A stretch of DNA of 64,000 nt, from NCBI RefSeq assembly GCF_009914755.1, contig NC_060929.1. The stretch is one strand, 5' to 3'. Positions 43,555 to 55,400 of this stretch are shown piece after piece (the first letter of the stretch is position 1; each line of letters opens with the position of its first letter). Source of the DNA: the human T2T-CHM13v2.0 reference genome, Homo sapiens. The notes below the pieces were generated by a model. It saw only the letters and a list, made by a program, of their open reading frames with translations, had not been told where the DNA came from and did not search any database. A program made the position numbers and the translations under genes.

Positions 43555-44616
43555 ACCCCGACCTATTATTTTTTAAGCATGTCATCTTCAATACAGAATT
43601 TTCATCAGTGTGATGGCTCAGGATTTGAGATATAATTTTGTTATAGATATTTTCCATTTAAAGTTTAAAAAGTGAGGTCATACATGGAACGATATTTAAC
43701 TAAGTGAATTATTGTATTTTAAAGCCTGAAATAATAAAAGTAACTTTGTCTAGATAAACAAAAGTCTACAACCTTTCAGTCACATTGCATGTCACTTCAT
43801 AAAAAAATCTTTTATATATTAATAATTAAATTTATTTAATTTGTTTAAATTAAATAGATTAATAACATATAATTAATAATTTAAAAATGAAATAAAATGA
43901 ACTCAGTGTCATAAAAACAAAAATATGTGAGTACTCACATACTCCTCAAAATATCTATTACAGTTGATTGTAATTTTCCAGGTACTCTTGTGGTCAACAG
44001 GCCATTTACAGTTTCCATGGTCCATGATGGAAGTCCTCTTGGGAGACTGACTTCCCTTTGCACGTGCAGCTCAATTTCTCTGATGACCAAGCATCACAGT
44101 AAATTCTAGAAACTCAAATGAGGATGGAAAGATTTCTTGATTCAATTTTAGTCTCCTTTACTTCAGGTTGTAAGTGATATATACCAAGCAGATTCTTAAC
44201 AGTTGTTTAAGTTTCAATAAAATATATCAGAGAAGTGCACATGCACGTAAAGCACAAAATTAGAGATTGTAGTTTATACTCTGATTCAGGTGACCTACAC
44301 TATATTATACTCTCCTGAATTCCTATTTATTTTGTTAATCACGTTTTATTAATTCCTACCCACTATGTTGCTAGCACCCTGCCAGCTGCTGAAGATATAG
44401 TGCTGAACAAGGCAAACATAATCCTTGCTCTTGTAAAGCCTATATTCTAGGAGAAGGGCATAATTTAAAAAAATAATATATATAATATGATAATATATAA
44501 CACTGCTTTTATAAATTTACTTGTAGACAATGTCATACCTATGTATTTATTTACTTCCCTTATTGATTCTGATACAAGGTAATTGTGTACCCAGATATAT
44601 ATCTTATACTCAAACA

Positions 44617-44812
44617 TTATTTATTTTTATTTTATTTACTTATTTTTATTGAGACAGGGTCTCACTCTGTCGCCCAGGCTGGAGTGCAGTGGTGCGATAG
44701 CTCACTGCAGCCTCTGTCTCCTGGGTTCAAGCAATTCTCCCACCTCAGCCTCCTGAGTAGCTGAGATTACAGGGGTGCACCACCATGCTCAGCTAATTTT
44801 TGCATTTTTAAA
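44617..44812 (-). mobile_element. Alu right-arm fragment, antisense
   Basis: gagacagggtctcactctgtcgcccaggctggagtgcagtgg..ctaattttt. Confidence 0.88.
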
Positions 44813-44969
44813 CCCATAAACGCACATGATTCTGTTCATTTTTCCCCTGAAATAAGCTAACATAAGATACCATTTGGCCCTTGTTGAGCTCTGAAGTACT
44901 GTGTTAAATGTAGAATGAATATAAATGCAAGGTGGACAAATTCCTTCCCGCCTACTTCCTGTCTTCCTG

Positions 44970-45480
44970 TCTTCAATAAATGTTTATTGAGTTTCTAATA
45001 CTTGCATGCCACTGTACTAGGAAATAGATCTTGATGTCTGGGGGAAAGCAGACAGTAAACAAACAAACTAAATAAGCTTCAAATTGTGATAGTGTTGAGG
45101 AAATAACTTACAAGTGTGGTGTGTTGAAAATAATCAAATAAATTTTACTTTGCATATACTGGCCAGGGAAGGCAATTATGAATAATGGATAAGAAGTTGA
45201 GACTATGAGAGAAGGAAAGGAGCCCAGCATGAAAATGTTGAAGGGAAGACCATTATCATCATAGGTAACAGCAGGTACAAGGATCCCCAAAGAAATAAGC
45301 ACTTGGTGTAATTTAAGAATGAAAGGAAGGTCCAGGTGACTGGAAGATTGATTGAGAATGAAAAAGTCTAGGGGAAGAACTTGGGAGGCAGAAAGCTATT
45401 TCCTAATGTACGGTCTCAAAACCATTGTAAGTAATTTGAATTGCATTCTAGGTAAGGAGTTTGGATAAGGGGTAAGACTT
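44970..45480 (-). mobile_element. L2 relic
   Basis: tcaataaatgtttattgag..gccactgtactagg..; ggaaggagcccagcatg..; degenerate. Confidence 0.55.
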
Positions 45481-46404
45481 CATATACTAATACCATCAGT
45501 TTCATTCTTAGGGAAAAGTGTACCTATATGATCTGGGGAATGGTGAGGGTTGCGTTTTACCTGCCAGTTTTCAGTTGCTTGGCAATTAACTCAAGTGCTG
45601 ACTTTTAGCTTCATCAGAGTTATATAACGTGTTGTTCTACATCCTACTGCAAAATCTTAGCGAGACCAAGAACCAGTTATTGATTTTACTATTATGTCAA
45701 TGATTTAAAACATACTTATTTTATGGCATTGTAATGAAATAATTGCATTATATTTAACTAATGTGTGTAAATAGATTTGTTTTTACAGAGCTAAATACTT
45801 TGCATCTAATAAATGGCAAAGACTATTGCTAAATTCCAACTTAATTATTATGATTTGTGCATTAATTGAATGTTTAAAATTTTAAGGGATTCTCATAGAG
45901 ACCATTGACAAAAGTATACTTATTTCCTACCGATAAAATTTGTTATTGAACTTAATCTGTGTATAAATCCAGGCAAATAGTAAAAAAGAGATTAAAAATT
46001 GTATACAAAATTAATAGGAAACCAGAGTACTAGTTCATTAATGAAATTTTATTTCTCCCAAAAAATTTTTTAAAATTTTAAGCCCAATTATCTCATACTT
46101 TATTATTAGGAAATTTCCACAAATATCTAATGGCAGAGAATATTTTTTAAAGTTTAATGATTAGGTTACAGAATAATAGTTGTATTTTTAAGTTATCATA
46201 CAGCATAATTGACCTCTTCGTGTATACTTACATACATTTTAACACATATATTTGTTCTCTTGAGTACCATAAGCACAGCCCAAATCAGTATTCTTGGTTT
46301 GAGTGGTACTTATGGTACTCACAAGAACAAAACAAAAGCAAACAACAACAACAACTACAAAATCCTTTACTCCTTAAAACTGATCTGTTACTCATCATTG
46401 AAGA

Positions 46405-46795
46405 TTTTTCTTTCAAGAATATAATTAGAGACACATACAGTTCATTTAGCATAATACTTCTGAGATTCATCTAAGTTGTTGATGTGTCAAATAAGCACAG
46501 GAAAAGAGGTTCAACATCATTAGCCATTACCCATTAGGCAAATGCAAATTAAAATCATAATATGATATCACTACACATCTATTAGAATGGGCAAAATAAA
46601 AACCACTCTAGCAAGTCCAAGTGTGGTGAGGATGTGAAGCAACTCGAACTACATAGCTAGTATGAATGAAAATGGTATAGCTACTCAGGAAAACAGTTTA
46701 GGATTTTCTTATAAGGTTAAACATACACCTAACATATTACACAGTAATTCCATGCCTAAATATTTACATGGGATAATTAAAAACTTATCTTACAG
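46405..46795. mobile_element. Old L1M fragments in head-to-head orientation
   Basis: Minus fragment (ttcatttagcataatacttctgagattcatc) abuts a plus fragment (aaaagaggttcaacatcattagcc..aaatgcaaattaaaa). Confidence 0.6.
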
Positions 46796-49700
46796 AATAA
46801 CAGATTTTAAAACACAGTGACTATCCAGCTAAGTTTTTTCCCAGAAATGCTTACGTAAAAAATGATCACATTCAGTTTTCTAGACAAAATGAAGTTTTTT
46901 TCCCCTTGAGAGTACATACTTGATTGAATTAATTATGAACTTTTCAGTGCTTATGTGTTCTGCCTTGATACTACTGGTGATTATGTACCCAATGGATATT
47001 AGAAAGACTAGAGAAAGTAATAATAGGGAAGATGGGGGAAGAAGCATGGATTCTATAAGAGCCTAATTTTACAATATGCACATTAGTGTTGCAGCCGTTT
47101 GTAAGAGATGATAATATACTGCCAGAAAAGACAGTACTTTATCTTGTTATTTCATTAAGGCACTCTCATTTTGTAATATGAATTCATATTAATTTAAGGC
47201 TTTTAGCCTTATTGTGTGTTGAAAGATCTAAACTTGTAAATCTGTAAATTACACAAACAGCCCTCTTCTATTATATAAACCTTTTTGACGTAACACATGC
47301 TTAAAATTGGTGTGAAGTTAGAATGTTTTCAAATTTCATTGGGGATTTTTTATATTGTTCCAGAATTCCAGGAACAAATGTAATTTTGGACTTTCCAAAA
47401 TGGGTTCATGAAGAACTAATTTGTTCACTCTCAATATGGAACTTTTTTAAAAAAGTAATAATTCTAAGTGCTAAGAATAGTGCTTAGCTCATAAGAGATG
47501 TCTGTGAATAAACACAAATGAGTGAATGAACACAAATTTCTATAATCTGGAGTATTCATAATTCCTAGTTATGTAAATTCATATTATATAGAGATAAAAA
47601 TAAGCTATTTATATAACGAGAGTAGGAGGAAGGAGGAACAAGAACAGTACTAACAACAAGAAGAAAAAATAAGAAAAGACTTGATTAACTTTTAAAGCGA
47701 ACAATAAAACCTTGATTTTGAGAAAATATTTTATCTATAAAGAGTCGATGAAAACTTAGTAGTAGTCTTCTAGAATTGGCCATGACCACGAGGGCAGATT
47801 TGGCATTTGTTTACCTTGAATCTAAAGATGAATTTTTAGCACAATTTTAGAAAAGAAAGAAACAAACAAACAGAAAAGTATAAAAAAAGATGAACAAGAA
47901 AAATTTCCAGAATTATGGTCATTCAGATGTATGTACACATGTTGTTAAAACTAGTAGTGTATGAAAATGAAAATTTAATCAACTATCTGAAAAATTTTGC
48001 TCCACCATTTCAAATATCTAAACATGAAAATAAAATTGGAATATTTCATTTCCTGTCACCATAGAGCAATATGAATTTTCAAATACATTCGATACATTTG
48101 AATATCTGCCTAAATATGGAACCAGCCTTCATTTTCATACACTTGTTCTCAGTGACCTTTAAATGATTCTAAATCTGAGACAGTTTAATCTTTTGTTCAT
48201 GTGTCATGTCAAAGTGCACAGAAAATCTCCTATCCATCTGTGGACTCCTTGCAAATATTTAAAAAATTATGTATGTTTGTATATATGAACGTTTTTGCTA
48301 CAGAAAAAATCAAAAGTTTTATCGGTTCCTCAAAATATTTTGTATTCTAGAAGAAAACTTTCTTCTTACCCACATAAATTGAGATTTGAAAATGAATGAA
48401 GAAAAACATTGATAGAAATAACCTCAATATCAAGTTGGAGATCCTGACAGCGCTAAGTCATGTTCTACATTGTGAGAACGTTTTTGGTATTGTCTTGCAT
48501 TGTTATTTAAGCGTTGTTTTTTTCCTAGCTGTTCAGGTATTTGTCTCCTTAAATAGATGAGGAGTGTTTTGATATCAGCATTATACTTTGTACTTCTTTC
48601 CATCTGCACTGTTTTCAAAAAAGAGTCTCAAATATAAGCCGTTTAATGAAGGATCAAGAAATCTGAATCTGTAAGTCACTGTTTCCCAAGTTCAACGTTT
48701 TTTGCCACATCTAAGTAATACGTGGTCATTTATGACTGAACTTTTTTCATAAAACAAAGTATTTTTTCAGTAAAATTATTTTATTTAATGCATTTAATAA
48801 AAACAATACAAACTGGAAATCAGTGTCACTTTTCATATTAGAAGACAACTGCAAATAAATTCAATGGTACCAGAACAATGTAATCAAATTTTAATTACGT
48901 ATTTTGTCTCCCAGATATGCCAAGCTTGCTCTTGTTCTCTTCAGAAGGCAGATTAGCAAATTGAAAAGAGTGGCTAAAGACAAATTAGAAATAAACTGAG
49001 ACTTTGCCCTCAGTATAATTAGATATGCTGAAGGAAAATTAAAAAGGGAAAAACTTTCTAATTATATGTTTCAATGTCTTTTAATACTGTACCTATGTGA
49101 CACTTAATTAAAATTGTCTGTGTACTAGAGCAGATGTCCCAAGCCTTAGGAAATGCTAATACGGGGCTATCTTAATATCACAAAAATATTGAAGATGATG
49201 CTATTTTGAATTTTCAGTTTACCATGAAACACTATAGCAAGTGACGTCTGACTTACCTAAAAGCAGTTACCAAAGTAATTATTTACTCTAAGAAAAGAAA
49301 GTCCAGGTGGTTCTATCATACTCTCTTGCAGTAGCTCTTAATTACGGCTGCACCTTAGAATTAGCTGAATACCAAAGTCTTGGTCTCATAGAGACCAATT
49401 AAATCAGTATAAGGTAGGATTTCAGACTGGCATTTCTTTAAAGCCCTCCACTTAATATTAACATACAGCCAGGGATAAGAGTGACTAGCCTATGTCTTAT
49501 TTTGAAAACTCAGTATATGCCGCACCTTGCATATTTGTAATATGTTAGTCATCATATAAATGAAGAAATACAAAGTATTTCCTACTTGATACATTTCTTG
49601 ATGGTAAATAATTACGTCCTTCTCTTTTATGGTTTGCATATCTTCTCTGGTTAAAATTGGTCTTGGATTTTCATAGAACATGGCAAGAAATGCAGTCCAT

Positions 49701-50382
49701 GTGTGTTTCTGGAGTGAAGGAGAGGAAGCCTTCTTTATTACACTGACTTTGTCACCATGTTATCATTATAGTCCAATAACAAGTATAGTGTATAAGTTCT
49801 ACCATTTGATAAAAAAAAAATGCTGCATGAGACTAACGTAATTATGAACCCACTTCAGGTTACTGCCTTTAAAACTTCCATGTTAGTGTGTAGTGTGCAA
49901 GACAAGCTGTCCCAGTTTTCCCAAGGTCATGCAGGTTATGAGGCCGTCAATATTGTATGTAGTGATATTTCACAAATTTGCATTGTTGTACGATATTTCA
50001 TTATATGCATATGCCATATTTTATTTACCCATTTTACTGTTGATTTGAGTTTTATTTATTTCTGTATGTGACAAATAATGCAACTGTGAGCTTCCTTGTA
50101 CATATATTAAGTGGAACGAGGTCATCATAGCTTTTATTCTGTAGCAAGGTATACACAAATGAGAAAGTGAAAATACTATTTTTAACATGTTGTAAATAAT
50201 TCTACTGAAGTGCTTTATAAAGAGATAAATGAGAAATATTCCAGTTTAATAATCATTTGTTAACATTTCTTTCTAACCACAATTTAACATGCATATTTTT
50301 CTTTCTATCCTACCCAGCATCCATGGACAGTTGACATGACTTTAGGATTTGTTCTTGTGTTAACCTTGGCTTGCTTTGTTTC

Positions 50383-50902
50383 TTTTTTTTTAGTACTTTT
50401 TTTTCTTCTTTTTTTTTTTACTTTTTTTTTTTACATTTATTTTGAGTTCAGTGATACAAATGCAGGTTTCTTATATAGGTAAACTTGTGTTATGGGGGTT
50501 TGTTGTACAGATTATTTCATCACACAGGTATTAAGCTTGGTGCCCATCAGTTATTTTTCCTGATCCTCTCCCTCCTCCTACCCTTCACTCTCTGAAAGGC
50601 CCCAGTGTGTGTTGCTCCTCTCTATTTGTCCATGTGTCCTCATTGTTTAGCTCCCACTTATAAGTAAGAATATGCGGTATTTGGTTTTCTGTTCCTGTGT
50701 TAGTTTGATAAGGATAGTGGTCTCCAGCTCCATTCATGTCCCTGCAAAGGACATGATCTCATTGTTTTTTTATGGCTGCATACTATTCCATGGTGTATAC
50801 GTACCACATTTTTTTTTTTATCCAGTCTATCACTGATGGGCATTTAGGTTGATTCCATGTCTTTGCCATTGTGAATAGTGCTACAATAAACATACTCGTG
50901 CA
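50383..50902 (-). mobile_element. 5'-truncated older L1PA 3' end with TSD
   Basis: Poly-T then atgcaggtttcttatataggtaaacttgtg..tagctcccacttataagt..; flanked by tgctttgtttc at ~50372 and 50903. Confidence 0.88.
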
Positions 50903-53900
50903 TGCTTTGTTTCATTATGGTCTAAAAAATATTTTAAATACATGTCATTTGAGTTTTCCCATGCAGAGAATCATCAGCACTTGAAGAGAGCAATGGCAAC
51001 CATACAATAGCATGTTACATAGGCAGCTCCTTTTAGTATTAACTGTAATTGTTACATGGGCACATATAGAAAGAGAGTGAGCCACTTACTAAGTTAATTT
51101 CCACAAATATTGAATCTTCTTTTAAAAAATTCATACTCATATTTTGAAAACTATTCATCGGGTGTCTTGCCAAATGCCCAACACTTACAAAGTTTTAGAA
51201 AACAACACCTTTGAAGACAGAAGCAGTTCTTGTCCTTAGATGCTTAATGCTCTGCTTTTAACCTCCATAGCTAAACTTGATTAGTTTGTTTTCTTATGAA
51301 GTATTAATGTTATAAAAAGCATATAAGATTAAAATATAACTCAATGCATTATCAAAAATTGAAATAAAAACCCATGTAATTGCAAAATGTGTCTGAAAAT
51401 AAAATATTGCCAATGTCCCAGAAAACGTCTTCTTTCTTTCCTAGTTTCTGTCCTCTTTCTCTTACCTCAAATAACTGCTGTCCTAACTTTGAGCACTACA
51501 GATAATTTTTCTTGTCATTAAATTTTATGTAACAGAAGTGTTACATATTTGCCCATGTATATAATGTCTAGACATCTTTTGCTCAGATTTTTATTTTTCA
51601 AATTTATTTTGCTGCATGTAGCAATATTTCACAAATTTGAACTGTTGTACAATATTTCATTATGTGCATAAGCCATATTTTATTTATCAATTTTACTGTT
51701 GACTTGAGTTCTATTTTTTCCTGTATGTGACAAATAATGCAACCGTGTACTTTCTTGTACATGTCTTTAAGTAGACGTGTGAATGCATTTTCTTTTGGAA
51801 ATAATCAATAGATTAAATTTCTGGGTTATAGAGTACAGAAAATGTTCATTATTAGCAGATAATGCCAAAATATTTTCCCTCCAGCAGTATAGAGTCCTAG
51901 TTTCTCTACTTCTTTTCCCTTTTATTTAAGAAGGGTTGAAGCAAAGAATAAAAACAATAAACTATGATAGGGAGGTGTAATCCATAGAAAATGGACTCTA
52001 ATGATAATTTCAGAACATAACCTGACATTGATTATTTTTTTCTGTTCTGTTCCCCACAATGAGCATCGTCACTGCCTCTCCACGTTTTCCCTCCTCACCT
52101 TCTGAACTAACATAATTTTAATTTGGTATCTGTGAAGCTCATGCGCTTTTGGGGAAGCTGTTTTCATATTTTATGCTAGTGGTAGGTTTATATAATGAAG
52201 GTTAAATATTTATCATTTTCTCATTCTCTAGCCACTGATATCAGTTTCATGTGGCTGATCTCATTTAGGCTAGTGATATTAGAAAACAGGAGGCTTTTGG
52301 GGGGCTTTTAGAAAAGTGGCTATTTTCCTCTTTTAGAGAGAGCTTTTGGAAAAGTTTATCTTTCTGTTTTTGTGGATACATACAAAGAAGCATAGAAGGG
52401 AAAAGTTGTTGCCAGAATCTTGTGACCACATAGATACTTCTTTGGGTTGAAGTCAATGCCATGGAGGATAGAAGAGAGAGATAGAAAAAATTCTAAGATT
52501 TTGAATACGTAGTTAAGGAACTGAGTCGAAACTCCCAGAAGCTCATCTTACCTTAGGATTTACAATTATATCTGTCAGTGTCTCCCAATTTAGTTTGAAT
52601 GTTGTGATACTTACAATTGAATTCATCTTAGCTAATAAAATCCCACAGACATTTATTTGATATGCATCATTTGTGGCTGTTAATAAAGTAAACAATTTGC
52701 ATTTTATATATTGCAAACTAAGTGTCTGTTAATTGATTCAGCCAAACACACCAACAGCTGTTAGCCTAATATCAAAAAAAATTAAACAGGATGTGAGGTG
52801 AGAAAGTAATTTTAAGTAGGACAATTTGTTAGCAGAATGGTTTACTTTCCTGCTCTAATTCTACCCTGTTTGCATGTATACACTCACATGTGCACACTCA
52901 TGCATAGAGCACCCTCTGAACAGGTTCTGCATAGAGAATTTGCATGTCCTTACTGGGAGGAATAAAATCCCACAGGCCATTGAAGGACCTATATGAAGGA
53001 GCAACTAGCGCCCCAATGGCCCCATCCATTGAACACCACTATGTCTCTAAAGAGTAGCCAGTCCTCCTGGATAGTACTGAGTGGAGTCCCCCTTCCCATG
53101 ATCATATACTGAGTTCCCTTTGCCTTCTGAGGATGTACACTCACCTACTCTGCCTGTTCCTACACTGTTTACCAAAGCCCACCTTTTGCAGTGGCTGAAG
53201 GACATCCTTTAAATTGAACTAGCTTATATGTGTGCCTTGTCTCTGTTATATACATTGCTGTCCAAACAGAGGGAAGAGTTTAAATGAGGCAGATGATCAC
53301 ATCCATTACGTTAAATTGCAAGCTTTCCTTTTATTCTTCAGTGTGGGGAGATCAAATCATTTGTATCTGCAGTGGCAAGTTTATGAAACCTGAATGTTAT
53401 TAACCTTGTGCTAAAGGCATCATGTCTTTTATTGGACTCAGGCATAAATTAATTTATTGTCCTAAGGGAAAATGAGCTGGAACAATCATTTATTTTGGAT
53501 GATCTTATTGTTTAATGCATGTATAGCTGTAGATTCTTTGGTCCTAATTTCTTTCTCAAAGCCGTGAAGAATAATGGTTAAATGTTTAGTTTTGGCCAAC
53601 TAAAGTGACTATTATGATTGTAACAGTGCTTCTTTATCTGTAAAACAGGAATAATTATGGGAATATCAGTGTTTTGAGGATTAAGTGAGAGAATGTATGT
53701 GAAATCTTTAAAGTTATACCTAGAACATAGCGAATATTTTTAATATTATGACTTCTCCGAGGAAAACTGGTGAGCAAAAAATTATTCCCACAAATCTTCA
53801 TTGAGCACATACTCATGAAATTTATAGTTTAGTAATGAAGACAGACAATAGAGAAGTCAACAAATGCATATTGTGATAAATTCTATGAAACAATCTCTTG

Positions 53901-55096
53901 GTAGAACATGTGATGGGTGAGTGGGCAACAAATGTAGATAAGATAGTCAGAAATGGTCTCTACGATGGGATGTTTGTATTGAAACATGCTAATTAGTAGA
54001 TTGAGGAGTGGAGCAGAGGAAAGGTTGAAGGCAGAAAGGACAGTTACATGCAAAGGTTCTGGAGTTTGGCCTGATTTCCAGAACTTAATTAATTCTCGGG
54101 TAACATGATGATGTACGGAACAAGAAATTCCTGTATTAATGATACTTTTGGGGCATGGGATTCCCAGTGGACCCTACAGCCTTGTGAGAATCTAGAGTAG
54201 CAGTGAGTCCCTGTGCATGTGGTAAAGGAAGGAATATTTATGAGATGTAAGTAGTGTATATTCACAATTTAGAGGTGACAATGGAGCAGAAAATCCAATG
54301 CATGGGAATTTTTATTAGAAAAGGTCAAAGATATCATTTTCCCGCATGTATGTCTTGATAGATTTATTTTGACGTATAAAATACTTTGCATATGAACTCA
54401 TTGCACTTATAAAAAAGTAAACCAAAAATTGTACCAAGAAAATATTAGTGACACCAATGTTATGAAAGGAAACATTAAAAATATAAAAATAGTTTAAAAA
54501 CACAAATAATTAATTTTTAAAATCCAACTACTTACCTGTGTTAGAGAAGGATAAATATATATTCAGTCTTTATTATGTCAAACATCAATAGATTTAAGGA
54601 CACCTGAACAAACAGACAAATGCCTTTATTTCTCATCCAAATATTTGCTGTTCTACTATCCTGGGCAATGACTAGATTTTCCTCCTCTACCCCTAAACTT
54701 AGAGCTTTATTAAATATATCGAAATCTGAAATACCTAGGTGGAAATTTAAAATTCCAGAAACTGCATGACTAATCTTCACAATGGCAAATATCCAGAATA
54801 TGTACCAAAATTAAAATGTCTACAATCTTGTTAAAATTGTGAGCAACCTCTCATTGAACAGTCTCTATGCAGTATTTGTTGTGTTTTATAAGCCACTTTT
54901 ATCCTTCTAAATAAGATTGATTTTTACTTCTAATTACAAGTGTGAATTCCTGTTTGTAATCATGCCTAAATTCAAATTATGCATAAAACTGTAATGATGA
55001 GAATAAAAGTGAATAATCTAATATACAACATGGAGATTCAGATTTAGATCTAAAGCAGGAACGTGAGAATTTTTATTTAAAAAAAACCCATCCCAA

Positions 55097-55208
55097 CACA
55101 TACACATACACGTACACGTACACGTACACTTACACGTACATATACACATAGACATACACATACACATACACATACCATACACATACACATACACATACAC
55201 ATACATAC
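55097..55208. repeat. Compound (CACATA)n/(CACGTA)n purine-pyrimidine repeat
   Basis: Direct reading of the hexamer units. Confidence 0.9.
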
Positions 55209-55249
55209 AGGACCAGGAATATGTGCCACTGGTCTAACCACTCTATAAC

Positions 55250-55400
55250 TGAGATCCTCAAATATTAATATGTATATGAATCATTTGTGAAACTTGTTAA
55301 AATAGCAATTCTGATTCCGGGGTCTGGGTGGGTCCCAGAGCTCTGCATTTCTGGCAAGCTCCCATGCAATGTTGCTGCTGTGGCCCCAGGCTCTCACTAA
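55250..55400. mobile_element. MER5-type hAT-Charlie MITE relic
   Basis: gaatcatttgtgaaacttgttaaaa..ctgattc..ggtctgggtggg..ctctgcatttct..caagctccca. Confidence 0.6.

Noticed and set aside
55018-55206. Cys/Met/Tyr-rich ORF resembling a metallothionein
   Set aside because: Translation of the (TGTATG)n/(TGTACG)n repeat.
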